DNA of 34,368 bases from Parcubacteria group bacterium M10-OD1-1 (GCA_003056145.1 LSNL01000002.1:1-34368); one strand, 5' to 3'; positions 17,550 through 27,011 are shown, numbered from the stretch's first letter. Notes: a model not told the origin generated them from the letters alone. A program made the numbers and translations.

Positions 17550-17879
17550 ATGTACAAAGATACGCCGAAAGTCGTCGTTCGAGATGAGGATATTATATTA
17601 CAGTGGCAGGAGGAATCCGGAACAAAAAGGGATTTCCCCCTAGTTCTGCCAGCAAAAAAGGATGTGTTTCAGGAAAAAACAACAATTTTGTTTGTAGGTT
17701 TTTTCCTTGATTTTAAGAGAAAGAATATTCACAGGAAGAGACCAACTGATATAAGGTCGTATCAGGAAGATCCTTTTCCTGATACTCCCGTTGTGTATGG
17801 TAAGTTCCAGAGAAGGGTGTTTTTTTTGGAGCTTAGGTATGTCCCAGACATACCAAAGCAGTTTTGTGCAATTCCTTGA
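17550..17879 (+). CDS. Hypothetical protein (109 aa)
   Basis: Own promoter-like TTGATT-17-TAGGGT (17465-17493), SD AAGGAG and downstream terminator; no recognisable family. Confidence 0.65.
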   Translation: MYKDTPKVVVRDEDIILQWQEESGTKRDFPLVLPAKKDVFQEKTTILFVGFFLDFKRKNIHRKRPTDIRSYQEDPFPDTPVVYGKFQRRVFFLELRYVPDIPKQFCAIP

Positions 17880-17904
17880 GGCTTTAAGCTTAGGGAGTTG
17901 CCAG

Positions 17905-17940
17905 AGATCTAATTCTGAATTTAGAGTTAGGTCTTTTTTT
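17905..17940 (+). terminator. Intrinsic terminator
   Basis: AGATCTAATTCT-gaattt-AGAGTTAGGTCT plus T-tract; another hairpin at 17868-17901 overlaps the stop codon. Confidence 0.75.
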
Positions 17941-18070
17941 ATTGGTTGAGTCTTAAATGTTTTCAGGTTATAATAAAAACTAGAGAAATAAGGTATAGAC
18001 CTATTAAGATTTTTTTAAAAGCAATTAGTTTAATAGTCAAAAATTTAAATAAAGTAACTTAATCAAAAAA

Positions 18071-19243
18071 ATGGAAAATATAATAAATGGAAAAGAGGCT
18101 ATCATTGATTATGTGGCAGAATTAGTGAAAAATGGTGCTAATAAAACACGAGTCAAGGATCAATTAATGGCAGTTGGTTGGTCGGAAGATCAAGTAGACT
18201 TAGTTTATAGCAAGGCTTTAATTCAAAATGGAATTCCAGTTCCTAGCAAAATAAAATCTTCAGCTAATATAACAACATCAATTTCTGGTAAAAAGTCATC
18301 TACTGTAGAGGTGGCGCTTAATTTATTTTCTTTTATTCTTTTAGGAATAATTGCCATAGCGACAGGGACACTTTTTTATCAAATTATTAATAAATATTTT
18401 CCAGACACACTTATTACTAATTATTACCAAGGTCAAATTTCAACAGAGACAATTCATTATGCAATTGCAACATTAATTATCGGCTTTCCAATATATTATA
18501 TTTCTATGCGATTATGGTTTCGCGGATTTCAAAAAGATGAAGGTAAAAGGGAGACGAAATTAACAAAATGGTTGACTTATTTAGTATTACTAATTGCTTC
18601 AATTACTGTCGTTGGCGATTTAATAACAGCAGTGTTTACATTCTTACAAGGGGAAATTAGTGTGCGGTTTTTTCTTAAAGCTTTAACTATTCTGGCGATT
18701 GCTGGAGCGATTTTTGGTTTCTATTTTTTAGAACGGAGAAAAATCCAGTATCGTAAACCGATTTCTCAAGGTCTTTTTAAGCGCTTCGGAATAATTGTTT
18801 CAGCTACTATTTTTATTGGAATTATTTTAGGATTTATCGTCGGAGGATCGCCAACAACAGAAAGAAAGAGAGGATTTGATGCTCAAAGAGAAAAAGATCT
18901 TTTTACTATTTCAAATTGTGTAAGTAACTATGCCAGGAGATATAAAAGATTGCCAGAATCTTTGAATGAATTACAAACTAATATGTATTCATATTGCGCT
19001 AATAAAAAAGATCCTGAGACTAAGAAAGTTTATGAGTACCATATAATTACTGCTTCAAAAATCGTTGGAACAAATCGTGAAGGAACCTTTGAACTTTGTG
19101 CAAATTTTAATTTAAAATCGGAAAAAAATAACTCTGAAGGACATAATTATTATTCAGGTGATGGTAAATGGGAAAAACATAATGCTGGGAAAAATTGTGA
19201 TAAAGTAAATGTTATTTTTGAGAAATTTAATAGAAATCAATAG
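18071..19243 (+). CDS. DUF5671-like polytopic membrane protein with C-terminal extracytoplasmic domain
   Basis: About 5 TM helices, KWLTYLVLLIA..GDLI..FLQGE pattern; C-terminal LPESLNEL..DPET..YEY..FELCANF. Confidence 0.7.
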   Translation: MENIINGKEAIIDYVAELVKNGANKTRVKDQLMAVGWSEDQVDLVYSKALIQNGIPVPSKIKSSANITTSISGKKSSTVEVALNLFSFILLGIIAIATGTLFYQIINKYFPDTLITNYYQGQISTETIHYAIATLIIGFPIYYISMRLWFRGFQKDEGKRETKLTKWLTYLVLLIASITVVGDLITAVFTFLQGEISVRFFLKALTILAIAGAIFGFYFLERRKIQYRKPISQGLFKRFGIIVSATIFIGIILGFIVGGSPTTERKRGFDAQREKDLFTISNCVSNYARRYKRLPESLNELQTNMYSYCANKKDPETKKVYEYHIITASKIVGTNREGTFELCANFNLKSEKNNSEGHNYYSGDGKWEKHNAGKNCDKVNVIFEKFNRNQ

Positions 19244-19245
19244 TT

Positions 19246-19869
19246 ATGAATATAAAAAGGCAAATAGTAGTTATTCATGGTGGAGAAGTTTTCAATTCAT
19301 ATGAAGACTATTTAAAATACTTAAAAAATTATCCAGTTGACTTGAATCGGCTTATTAAAAGACCTCGCTGGAAAAATTATTTGCAGGATGATTTAGGCGA
19401 TAGTTGGGAAGTTTTTTCTCCGCAAATGCCGAATTTTCGTAATGCTAAATATTTAGAATGGAAGATTTGGTTTGAAAAAATCCTGCCACATCTTCAAGAC
19501 GGAGTTGTTCTTATTGGACAATCGTTAGGCGGAATTTTTTTGGCAAAGTATCTTTCGGAAAATGATTTTTCGGTAAAGATTTCTGCAACATATTTAGTTG
19601 CTGCTCCGTTTGATAGCAAGGCTAGAGATGACATTGATTATACCCTGGGAGATTTTGAGTTACCAGAATCTTTGGAAAAATTTCAAGCGCAGTCAGAAAA
19701 AATATTTATTTATCATTCAAAAGATGATTCACTCGTGCCTTTTTCTGATTTAGAAAAATATTCTCGGGCGCTTCCTAAAGCAGAAAAGGTTATTTTTTAT
19801 GATCGCGGACATTTTATTCAAGAGCATTTCCCAGAAATTGTAGAAGAAATTCGTAAGTTGGAAAAATAA
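19246..19869 (+). CDS. Alpha/beta hydrolase, RBBP9/YdeN family
   Basis: IHGG, GQSLGG nucleophile elbow, HSKDD..VP, GHF. Confidence 0.9.
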   Translation: MNIKRQIVVIHGGEVFNSYEDYLKYLKNYPVDLNRLIKRPRWKNYLQDDLGDSWEVFSPQMPNFRNAKYLEWKIWFEKILPHLQDGVVLIGQSLGGIFLAKYLSENDFSVKISATYLVAAPFDSKARDDIDYTLGDFELPESLEKFQAQSEKIFIYHSKDDSLVPFSDLEKYSRALPKAEKVIFYDRGHFIQEHFPEIVEEIRKLEK

Positions 19870-19941
19870 TAAGAGAAATCCCGTTTTTATTCTGCTAATT
19901 AATTATTCTTTGTTGAATAGAATAAAAAGTAACTGTGGCTA

Positions 19942-19978
19942 AAGTATATATCAAAGTATATACTTAAGTATATACTTT
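19942..19978. promoter_or_regulatory. Tandem 12-bp palindromic repeats (AAGTATATACTT x2 plus one degenerate copy), probable operator
   Basis: Units at 19942-19953, 19954-19965 and 19966-19977; 19953-19978 is a perfect 26-bp palindrome 14 nt upstream of an AbrB-like gene. Confidence 0.7.
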
Positions 19979-19992
19979 TAATTTTTAAAAAT

Positions 19993-20163
19993 ATGTCAAA
20001 ATTAAAAAATAAAAATACACGTAAATTAATGAGATTGGGCAAAACTAGTTTGGCCGTTACTTTGCCGAAAGAAATGATTAATTCTTTAGGTTGGCGGGAA
20101 AAACAAAAAGTGGTTGCTAAAAAAGTTCGAGGTGGAATTTTGATTAAGGATTGGAAAAAGTAA
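19993..20163 (+). CDS. AbrB/MazE/SpoVT-family small DNA-binding protein (56 aa, absent from the ORF track)
   Basis: Manual translation MSKLKNKNTRKLMRLGKTSLAVTLPKEMINSLGWREKQKVVAKKVRGGILIKDWKK; GxxSxxVTLPK..LGW swapped-hairpin pattern. Confidence 0.85.
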   Translation: MSKLKNKNTRKLMRLGKTSLAVTLPKEMINSLGWREKQKVVAKKVRGGILIKDWKK

Positions 20164-20240
20164 ATTTATAAATCAAAAAAATAAATTTAAGGGTGACTAT
20201 TTATTGAAGAAGATAAAATTAGTAGATAAATTTTAGAAAT

Positions 20241-20279
20241 AAAAAACCGACAGGTTTCGTGACTTCCGAAACCTGCCGG
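20241..20279 (-). terminator. Intrinsic terminator of pyrE-pyrF
   Basis: Plus strand CCGACAGGTTTCG-tgacttc-CGAAACCTGCCGG stem, with a T-tract after it on the minus strand. Confidence 0.8.
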
Positions 20280-20306
20280 CTAGATAAGAACTTAAACACT
20301 TATTTA

Positions 20307-21125
20307 TTATCGGGCAGAAGCTATGTCCGCATAAATCGCGGTAATAACCTCATGCCTAGTTTTCCCTCCTTTAGGCTCTCTTATTGGTCGTCCGATAATA
20401 AAACCTCTAACTCCATTGCGATAAGCCTCGCCTGGAGTCATGGTTCTTTTTTGGTCATCGGGCGGATCCCATGGCAACCTGATTCCAGGAGACCATATTT
20501 CCTTCTCGGGAAATTTTTTGTGAAGAGAAGGAGCTTCACGGGCCGAGGTCAGTAAAATATCCATACCAGCATTCACTGACATCTCGGCAAGCTTCAGCGT
20601 AAACCAACTCATTTGTTGACCTTCAGAATCAAAAATCATCCCTGGCGGAGGACTAATTCCAGCTTGCCGGAGCATTGTAATATTCATACTGGTTAAATAA
20701 TGAACTGCAATAATTTTTGGTGGTTTAATGCCCAGAATTCTTGCCTGTTCATCGCGTCCTTTAACAGCTTTCGCCATCATTTCTTCCATACCGAAAGCCA
20801 TCACATTAAAATATTCCATACCATTAAGTACCTGCTTTGTTATTCCTTTAGCAGCACCATAAATCGTATTTGGAATATCCACCAGCTTGACATCAGCAAA
20901 AGCTTTTTTGCCAAAATCAGTCGCGACCTGTAATGCCGTGGGGAGTGTGACATTGTTTATCAGTTCTAAACCGATTTTTGGCAAGGAAATACTCTCGTAA
21001 ACTTCTTCCATAAGAGAATATCCCGCTCTTAATGTCGGCGTATCAACTGGAAAAATGATCTTTACATCATTTTTTTCGGCAACCTTTTTACATCCCGTTC
21101 CTAGTGCAATCGCTGTCCCTGCCAT
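20307..21125 (-). CDS. pyrF: Orotidine-5'-phosphate decarboxylase
   Basis: KIGLEL, DVKLVDIPNT (DxKxxDIxxT), LTS, PGIR, DDQKR, IIGRPI; SD AAGGAGG. Confidence 0.92.
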   Translation of the reverse strand: MAGTAIALGTGCKKVAEKNDVKIIFPVDTPTLRAGYSLMEEVYESISLPKIGLELINNVTLPTALQVATDFGKKAFADVKLVDIPNTIYGAAKGITKQVLNGMEYFNVMAFGMEEMMAKAVKGRDEQARILGIKPPKIIAVHYLTSMNITMLRQAGISPPPGMIFDSEGQQMSWFTLKLAEMSVNAGMDILLTSAREAPSLHKKFPEKEIWSPGIRLPWDPPDDQKRTMTPGEAYRNGVRGFIIGRPIREPKGGKTRHEVITAIYADIASAR

Positions 21126-21144
21126 TTTTTCTACCTCCTTAGTT

Positions 21145-21882
21145 TTATTTTTGAGAATTTTCTAATAATTCCCAATTCTCATCACTCACTTTAGGTTTTA
21201 TTCTTTTTGAGCCAATTTTACATAATTCACATGGAGGATCCCAAGAATTAATCCAATGTTTGACCAAAGCCAGAACATTAAAAGATCCATATTTTTTAAC
21301 CAGGATATATTCAATAGCTCCTCTATTGAGTATCACAAGCTCTACTGGCAAAATGTCTATTGCCGGGTAACGCCCTTTAATTTCACAGACTGTTTCTTTA
21401 AAGCCAGTCCCAGTAGTAGTAAAATCTTCTACTAGCAATAAGGTGCCATTCGGACTAGCTTGATTCCGTTTTTCCATAACAACAATTCTGCCCTGCTTGT
21501 CTTTGATAAGATTAAGGTTTTTAGCTCCCAAAATTTCTGCAACATCATTTCCAAGTTCAGTCGCTCCCTTAGGTATTCCAGCAACATAATCTGGTCGTTG
21601 CAGTCCAGAATCGTTATAAATACGAACGAGATTCTTAGCTATAATCCGTCGTAAGTTATTGTATTGCAAGACAGTTTTAGAATAGAAAAAACCGTCGCTA
21701 CACATTTTAGACTTAAGTTCAGCGTGTAAACCTACCCTTCCTTCTTCCGCAGCCACCCTATCATATGACCAGAACCCTTTAAACACATTAAAAATATGCA
21801 ACAAATCTTCCTTGGATAAGTTCACATCAAGTTTGTCCAAAGCCAGTAATTCTGATTTACTCATCATAATTATTGATTTCAT
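21145..21882 (-). CDS. pyrE: Orotate phosphoribosyltransferase-like type I PRTase
   Basis: PRPP-binding LLVEDFTTTGTG, HAELKS..SDGF; directly upstream of pyrF; SD AAGGAG. Confidence 0.78.
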   Translation of the reverse strand: MKSIIMMSKSELLALDKLDVNLSKEDLLHIFNVFKGFWSYDRVAAEEGRVGLHAELKSKMCSDGFFYSKTVLQYNNLRRIIAKNLVRIYNDSGLQRPDYVAGIPKGATELGNDVAEILGAKNLNLIKDKQGRIVVMEKRNQASPNGTLLLVEDFTTTGTGFKETVCEIKGRYPAIDILPVELVILNRGAIEYILVKKYGSFNVLALVKHWINSWDPPCELCKIGSKRIKPKVSDENWELLENSQK

Positions 21883-21936
21883 TCTTTGCTCCTTAGTTTT
21901 ATTTGAGAATCTTTAAATTGAAAATGAACTATTAGT

Positions 21937-21965
21937 AGTCTACTGATTTAATTGAAATTAGTCAA
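21937..21965 (-). promoter_or_regulatory. sigma70-like promoter for pyrE-pyrF
   Basis: TTGACT-17bp-TAGACT on the minus strand. Confidence 0.65.
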
Positions 21966-22222
21966 TAAAATAGCAGATAACTTCTTAAATAATTAAATGT
22001 ATTACCTTGCTTATTTTTATTCTAGAAAGTAGGAGGTTAATAGCTAGAAATCAAATTGTAAATAAATAGTTCTTAAAAAAAATAGATTAAAGAAATAAAT
22101 TTTTTAAAAAGTAAGAATCAATTGATAGTTTGAAATCTTTAGTATAAAATAAAAGAGTGATTGGCAATTTAAGTTACTTAGAACTGTAAAATACAACTTA
22201 AGATAAATAGAAATAATTTTAA

Positions 22223-22795
22223 ATGCTCAACCAGTCAATAAAAATTAAAACGCTTGGATTAATTGGTCTTATTTTTCTTATTGGAATAGTAATTGGTTTT
22301 CAGCTCGGAAAAAATAATTTAGCAGTTAATAATTATCATCAAAATCAACTAACTGAAAAAGTAGTTAAAGATAAAATTTCTCAAGTAGCTTATATTGGAA
22401 AATATAAAGTTGCGAGAGTTATTGATGGTGATACAATTGAGATTGAAGGTGGAGAGCGAGTGAGGTATATTGGCATGGATACTCCAGAGACAGTCAAACC
22501 GCACACAGCTATTCAATGTTTTGGACCAGAAGCTAGCCAGGAAAATAAAAAATTAGTCGCTGGAAAAATAGTTCGTTTAGAAAAAGATGTAACTAACCGT
22601 GATAAATACGGTCGTTTATTGCGTTATGTCTGGTTAGGTAATAATTTAGTAGATTTAACTTTAGTACAATTAGGTTTTGCTCGTGCTACGCCTTATCCAC
22701 CTAATATTCATTATAAAACTAAATTTTATCAAGCTGAAAATTTAGCACGAAAACAAAAAATTGGTTTGTGGAAATCGTGTGTAAAAAATAATTAA
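22223..22795 (+). CDS. Thermonuclease (staphylococcal nuclease-like) with N-terminal membrane anchor
   Basis: VIDGDTI, RYIGMDTPE, DKYGRLLRYV, GLW. Confidence 0.93.
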   Translation: MLNQSIKIKTLGLIGLIFLIGIVIGFQLGKNNLAVNNYHQNQLTEKVVKDKISQVAYIGKYKVARVIDGDTIEIEGGERVRYIGMDTPETVKPHTAIQCFGPEASQENKKLVAGKIVRLEKDVTNRDKYGRLLRYVWLGNNLVDLTLVQLGFARATPYPPNIHYKTKFYQAENLARKQKIGLWKSCVKNN

Positions 22796-22904
22796 AACTA
22801 AATATAAATGTAGTAGATTAAGAAAGATAAATAGGGGTATAATAAAAAAACAGATATTTAATAAAATAATTCAAACAAATCAATCTAGATTATAAGAAAA
22901 AAAT

Positions 22905-23939
22905 ATGAAAATAAGAAGAATTCAAGAAGCTGAATTAGAAAATAAAAAGGTCTTATTGAGAGTAGATTTTAATGTAGCTTTAGAAAACGAGAAGGTAAAA
23001 GAAGATTTTAAAATTAAAGTTGCTCAAGAAACAATAAATTATTTATTAAGTCGAGGAGCTAAAGTAGCTCTACTTTCTCATCTCGGAAGACCAGAGGGGA
23101 TGGTTAAATCAGAATTTTCTCTAGCTCAAATAAAAGATGATGTACAGAAAATTCTAGGTAAAAAAATTAATTTTATTTCTGATTGTATTGGAGAAAAAAT
23201 AAATAAAATATCGCGAGAAGAGATACTTCTATTAGAAAATGTAAGATTTCATCTTGGGGATAAAAACAATAATCAAGAGTTTTCTCAAAAATTAGCTGAA
23301 AATTTCGATATTTTTATCAACGATGCTTTTAGTGTTTCTCATCGTGATCAAGCTTCGGTAACTGGAGTGGCTAAAATACTGCCTAGCTATGCAGGTTTTC
23401 GGCTACAAAAAGAAATAGCCGAAATGGAAAAGATAAAAAATAATTTTGAACGACCAGCAATAGCAATTATTGGTGGCGCAAAAATAAAAACTAAATTACC
23501 GGTGATTAATTTTTTTGAAACTAATTATGATTTTATTTTAGTAGGAGGGAAAATTGCTAACGAAGCTTTAGATGAAAAAATTAAATTTTCTGAGAAAGTT
23601 ATTTTACCGTTGGATTTTATAGACAATCGTTTAGATATTGGTAATAAAACTTTAGCTCAATTTAAGGCTCTGATTGTTTCGGCTAAAACTATTGTCTGGA
23701 ATGGTCCGACCGGAAAATTTGAAGAAAAGAAATATGCTAAAAGTTCCAATGAAATTTTAGAGGCAATTTTGGCTTCAGGAGCATACACGGTAATTGGTGG
23801 AGGAGAAACAATTGAAATAGTAGAAAAGAATAAAGCAATGAACAAAATTAGTTTTGTTTCTACTGGTGGCGGTGCAATGCTGGCTTATTTGGGAGGTGAG
23901 AAGATGCCAGGGATTGAAGTTTTAGAAAATAGAAAGTAA
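22905..23939 (+). CDS. pgk: Phosphoglycerate kinase (internally shortened)
   Basis: RVDFNV, SHLGRP, LLENVRF, NDAF, GGAK, WNGP, GGGET, STGGGA. Confidence 0.95.
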   Translation: MKIRRIQEAELENKKVLLRVDFNVALENEKVKEDFKIKVAQETINYLLSRGAKVALLSHLGRPEGMVKSEFSLAQIKDDVQKILGKKINFISDCIGEKINKISREEILLLENVRFHLGDKNNNQEFSQKLAENFDIFINDAFSVSHRDQASVTGVAKILPSYAGFRLQKEIAEMEKIKNNFERPAIAIIGGAKIKTKLPVINFFETNYDFILVGGKIANEALDEKIKFSEKVILPLDFIDNRLDIGNKTLAQFKALIVSAKTIVWNGPTGKFEEKKYAKSSNEILEAILASGAYTVIGGGETIEIVEKNKAMNKISFVSTGGGAMLAYLGGEKMPGIEVLENRK

Positions 23940-24017
23940 ATGTGCTATAATGTAAAAAAGAAAACTTAAAAGTTAAATTAAAAAAATAATTAATGCTTTA
24001 AATTAAATTTTAAAAAT

Positions 24018-25274
24018 ATGTCAAAAATACGCAACATTCAAGCAAGGGAAATTTTAGATTCTCGAGGTAATCCTACTATTGAAGTAGAAATTGAATTACA
24101 TTCTGGTTTAAAAGCTAAAGCGGGAGTTCCAAGTGGTGCTTCTACTGGAGCTTATGAAGCTGTAGAGCTTCGGGATGGTGATGCTAATCGTTATGGTGGA
24201 AAAGGAGTACTTAAGGCAATTAACAATATTAATGATAAAATTGCTAAAATAATCATCGGTACAGAAGTTAGAAGTCAAGAAGAAATAGATGAAAAAATGA
24301 TTAAATTAGATGGAACGGAAAATAAGTCTAATTTAGGAGCCAATGCTATTGTGGGAGTTTCTTTAGTCTGTGCTCGGGCAGCTGCAATGGAGCAAGAAAT
24401 TCCTTTATACAAATATATTGCTAAAACTTACGATTTTAGTTGCGAAAAATTCACTTTACCAATGCCGATGTTTAATATTTTAAACGGAGGTAAGCATAGT
24501 GATTCTGGATTAAGTATTCAAGAATATAAATTAGTTCCTAGTGGTGTTGAAAAGTTTAGCGAACAGCTACGAGCGGGCAGTGAAGTTTTTCACACGCTTT
24601 CTGGAATATTATCTAGTAACGGATTTTCTATTTCAGTTGGAGATGAAGGAGGTTTTGCTCCTAAATTAGAAAGTAACGCCAAAGCGCTTGAATTTATTAA
24701 TCTAGCGATTGAAAAGGCTGGATATAAAAAAGGCGTAGAGTTAAATATTGGGATTGATGCGGCCGCTAATTCTTTTTTTGATGAAAAAGAAGATAAATAT
24801 ATTTTCAAACCAGAGAACTCAATGCTAAATAAAGAAATGTTGATTAATATTTACAATGAATGGATTGATAAATATAATGTTATCTCTGTGGAGGATGGAT
24901 TAGATGAAAATGATTGGGATGGTTGGAAAATTATGAACGAGAAGATTGGAGGAAAGGTTATGACTATTGGAGATGATTTAATAGTTACTAATGTTAAACG
25001 TTTGGAAAAGGCTATCGCTAAAAAAGCTTGTAACGCTGTTTTAATTAAAACTAATCAAATCGGAAGCTTAAGTGAAACAGTTGAGTGTGTTAAGTTGGCT
25101 CAAAAAAATAAAATGAAAATTGTTATTTCTCATCGTAGTGGAGAAACAGTGGACGATTTTATTTCTGATTTAGCAGTCGGAGTTGGTGCTGAATATATGA
25201 AATCTGGATCTCTAAGTCGGGGAGAAAGAATCTGTAAATATAATCGGTTATTAAAAATAGAGAAAGAAGTATAA
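24018..25274 (+). CDS. eno: Enolase
   Basis: DSRGNPT, PSGASTG, GDEGGFAP, GDDL, KTNQIG, SHRSGET. Confidence 0.98.
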   Translation: MSKIRNIQAREILDSRGNPTIEVEIELHSGLKAKAGVPSGASTGAYEAVELRDGDANRYGGKGVLKAINNINDKIAKIIIGTEVRSQEEIDEKMIKLDGTENKSNLGANAIVGVSLVCARAAAMEQEIPLYKYIAKTYDFSCEKFTLPMPMFNILNGGKHSDSGLSIQEYKLVPSGVEKFSEQLRAGSEVFHTLSGILSSNGFSISVGDEGGFAPKLESNAKALEFINLAIEKAGYKKGVELNIGIDAAANSFFDEKEDKYIFKPENSMLNKEMLINIYNEWIDKYNVISVEDGLDENDWDGWKIMNEKIGGKVMTIGDDLIVTNVKRLEKAIAKKACNAVLIKTNQIGSLSETVECVKLAQKNKMKIVISHRSGETVDDFISDLAVGVGAEYMKSGSLSRGERICKYNRLLKIEKEV

Positions 25275-25365
25275 ATCAAGACTACAGAAAAAACTAAAAT
25301 TCTCTGATTAAATTTTTTTAGAAAAACTTATTAAGTGTTTTAATAAAAATTAAAATCAATTAAAA

Positions 25366-26916
25366 ATGATAAAATCTAAGAGCCCTACTTTACTAGTTAT
25401 TTTAGATGGTTATGGTATCGGGAGAGCTTCAAAATATAACGCAGTAACCTTAGCTAAAAGGCCTAATCTAGATCGGCTTTTTGAACTTTATCCTTCTACT
25501 CAATTAGGAGCTACTGGTAAAGATGTTGGACTAGAGGATAATAAAATGAGTGGTTCTGAGGCTGGGCATATGAATATTGGTGCTGGTCGAACTGTTCATC
25601 AGGATTCTTATTATATAACTGAAAGTATTAAAAACGGAGATTTTTTTATGAATCCAGCTATTTTGGGAGCGTTTCATCGTTTGAAAAATACTGATGGAGA
25701 TTGTCACCTTATGGGATTAATGGGTAACTATGATAGTCCTCACAGCGATCCAGATCATTTTCGGGCGATTCTTAAATTAGCAAAAGACAAAGGAGTAAAA
25801 GAGGTCTATTGCCATTTATTTACTGACGGTCGGGATTCTTATCCAAGAAGTGCTAAAAAACATTTAAAAGCCTTTCAAAAAATTATCAGAGAAGAGGGTA
25901 TCGGTAGGATTGCGAGTTTGAGTGGTAGATTTTATGCTATGGATCGAGCTAAAAATTGGGATCGTTTAACCAAAGCTTATAATGCAATCGTTTTAGCAGA
26001 AGGAGAAAAAGCTAGAACTCCTGAAGAGGCAATTGAAAAAGCTTATCAAAATAATTTAACTGATGAGTATCTTTTACCGACGGTTATTTATGGAAAAAAT
26101 GGACCAGTGGCTCAAATTAAAGAAGAAGATAGCGTTATTTTTTTTAATTTACGATCTGATAGGGCTAGACAATTTTCTAAGCTATTTGTTGCTAGTCATC
26201 AGCAAGAAATTAGTCAAGATGATATGCCAATGATAAAACATCTTAAGAATTTATATTTTGTGGCATTAACTGATTTTGGACCAGATTTAAATGTGCATAC
26301 TGTTTGGAGAGGACATACTTTAATGGGGACGTTGCCAATGTCACTAGGAAAATCCAAACAACTATATATTGCTGAATCGGAAAAGTACGCCCATATTACT
26401 TATTTTCTTAATGGTGGTTATGCAGATCCAGTTAATGACGAAGATAGAATAATGATTCCTTCTCCAAAGATTAGTTCTTATGCTAAGATACCCCAGATGT
26501 CAGCGAGAAAAATAACTCAAACAGTAGTAGAAAAACTACAAGCTGAAGCTTATGATTTTTATGCTATTAATTTTGCTAATGCTGATATGGTTGGACATAC
26601 TGGAGATTTAAAAGCGACGATTAAGGCTTGCGAAGTTTTGGATCAGCAAATTGAAATTTTAGCAAAAAAAGTTTTACGCCAACAAGGAAGGTTAATTATT
26701 ACAGCTGATCATGGGAATGCAGAAGATTTATTTGATGAAAAAGTAGGGCAAGCTAATACTTTTCATACCAAAAATCCAGTACCCTTTTTGTTGGTAGGAG
26801 ATGAGTTTAAAGGTAAAAAATTAAAAACAGACGGAGTTTTAGGTAATATTGCACCGACTATTTTAGAAATATTAGATATTGAAAAACCTCAAAAAATGTT
26901 AACAGGATTGTTATAA
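25366..26916 (+). CDS. gpmI: 2,3-bisphosphoglycerate-independent phosphoglycerate mutase
   Basis: ILDGYG, SEAGH, DGRD, GRFYAMDR, RSDRARQ, ESEKYAH, NADMVGHTG, TADHGN. Confidence 0.97.
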   Translation: MIKSKSPTLLVILDGYGIGRASKYNAVTLAKRPNLDRLFELYPSTQLGATGKDVGLEDNKMSGSEAGHMNIGAGRTVHQDSYYITESIKNGDFFMNPAILGAFHRLKNTDGDCHLMGLMGNYDSPHSDPDHFRAILKLAKDKGVKEVYCHLFTDGRDSYPRSAKKHLKAFQKIIREEGIGRIASLSGRFYAMDRAKNWDRLTKAYNAIVLAEGEKARTPEEAIEKAYQNNLTDEYLLPTVIYGKNGPVAQIKEEDSVIFFNLRSDRARQFSKLFVASHQQEISQDDMPMIKHLKNLYFVALTDFGPDLNVHTVWRGHTLMGTLPMSLGKSKQLYIAESEKYAHITYFLNGGYADPVNDEDRIMIPSPKISSYAKIPQMSARKITQTVVEKLQAEAYDFYAINFANADMVGHTGDLKATIKACEVLDQQIEILAKKVLRQQGRLIITADHGNAEDLFDEKVGQANTFHTKNPVPFLLVGDEFKGKKLKTDGVLGNIAPTILEILDIEKPQKMLTGLL

Positions 26917-27011
26917 AAATATCAAAGTAAAACAATTAAAGGAAAGATAAAAATAAATTAAAATAAGTGCCGAGTTAGCTTAAATAATTTTTTAAAGTAA
27001 TTTAATTAAAT

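Noticed and set aside
20259-21654. Plus-strand ORFs 20259-20555, 20700-20933 and 21460-21654
   Set aside because: Antisense to pyrF/pyrE with no recognisable features
21990-22220. Possible ncRNA or small gene around AGTAGGAGGT in the pyrE-nuclease intergenic region
   Set aside because: No properly spaced start codon with an ORF of useful length; only a weak hairpin and no recognisable RNA family
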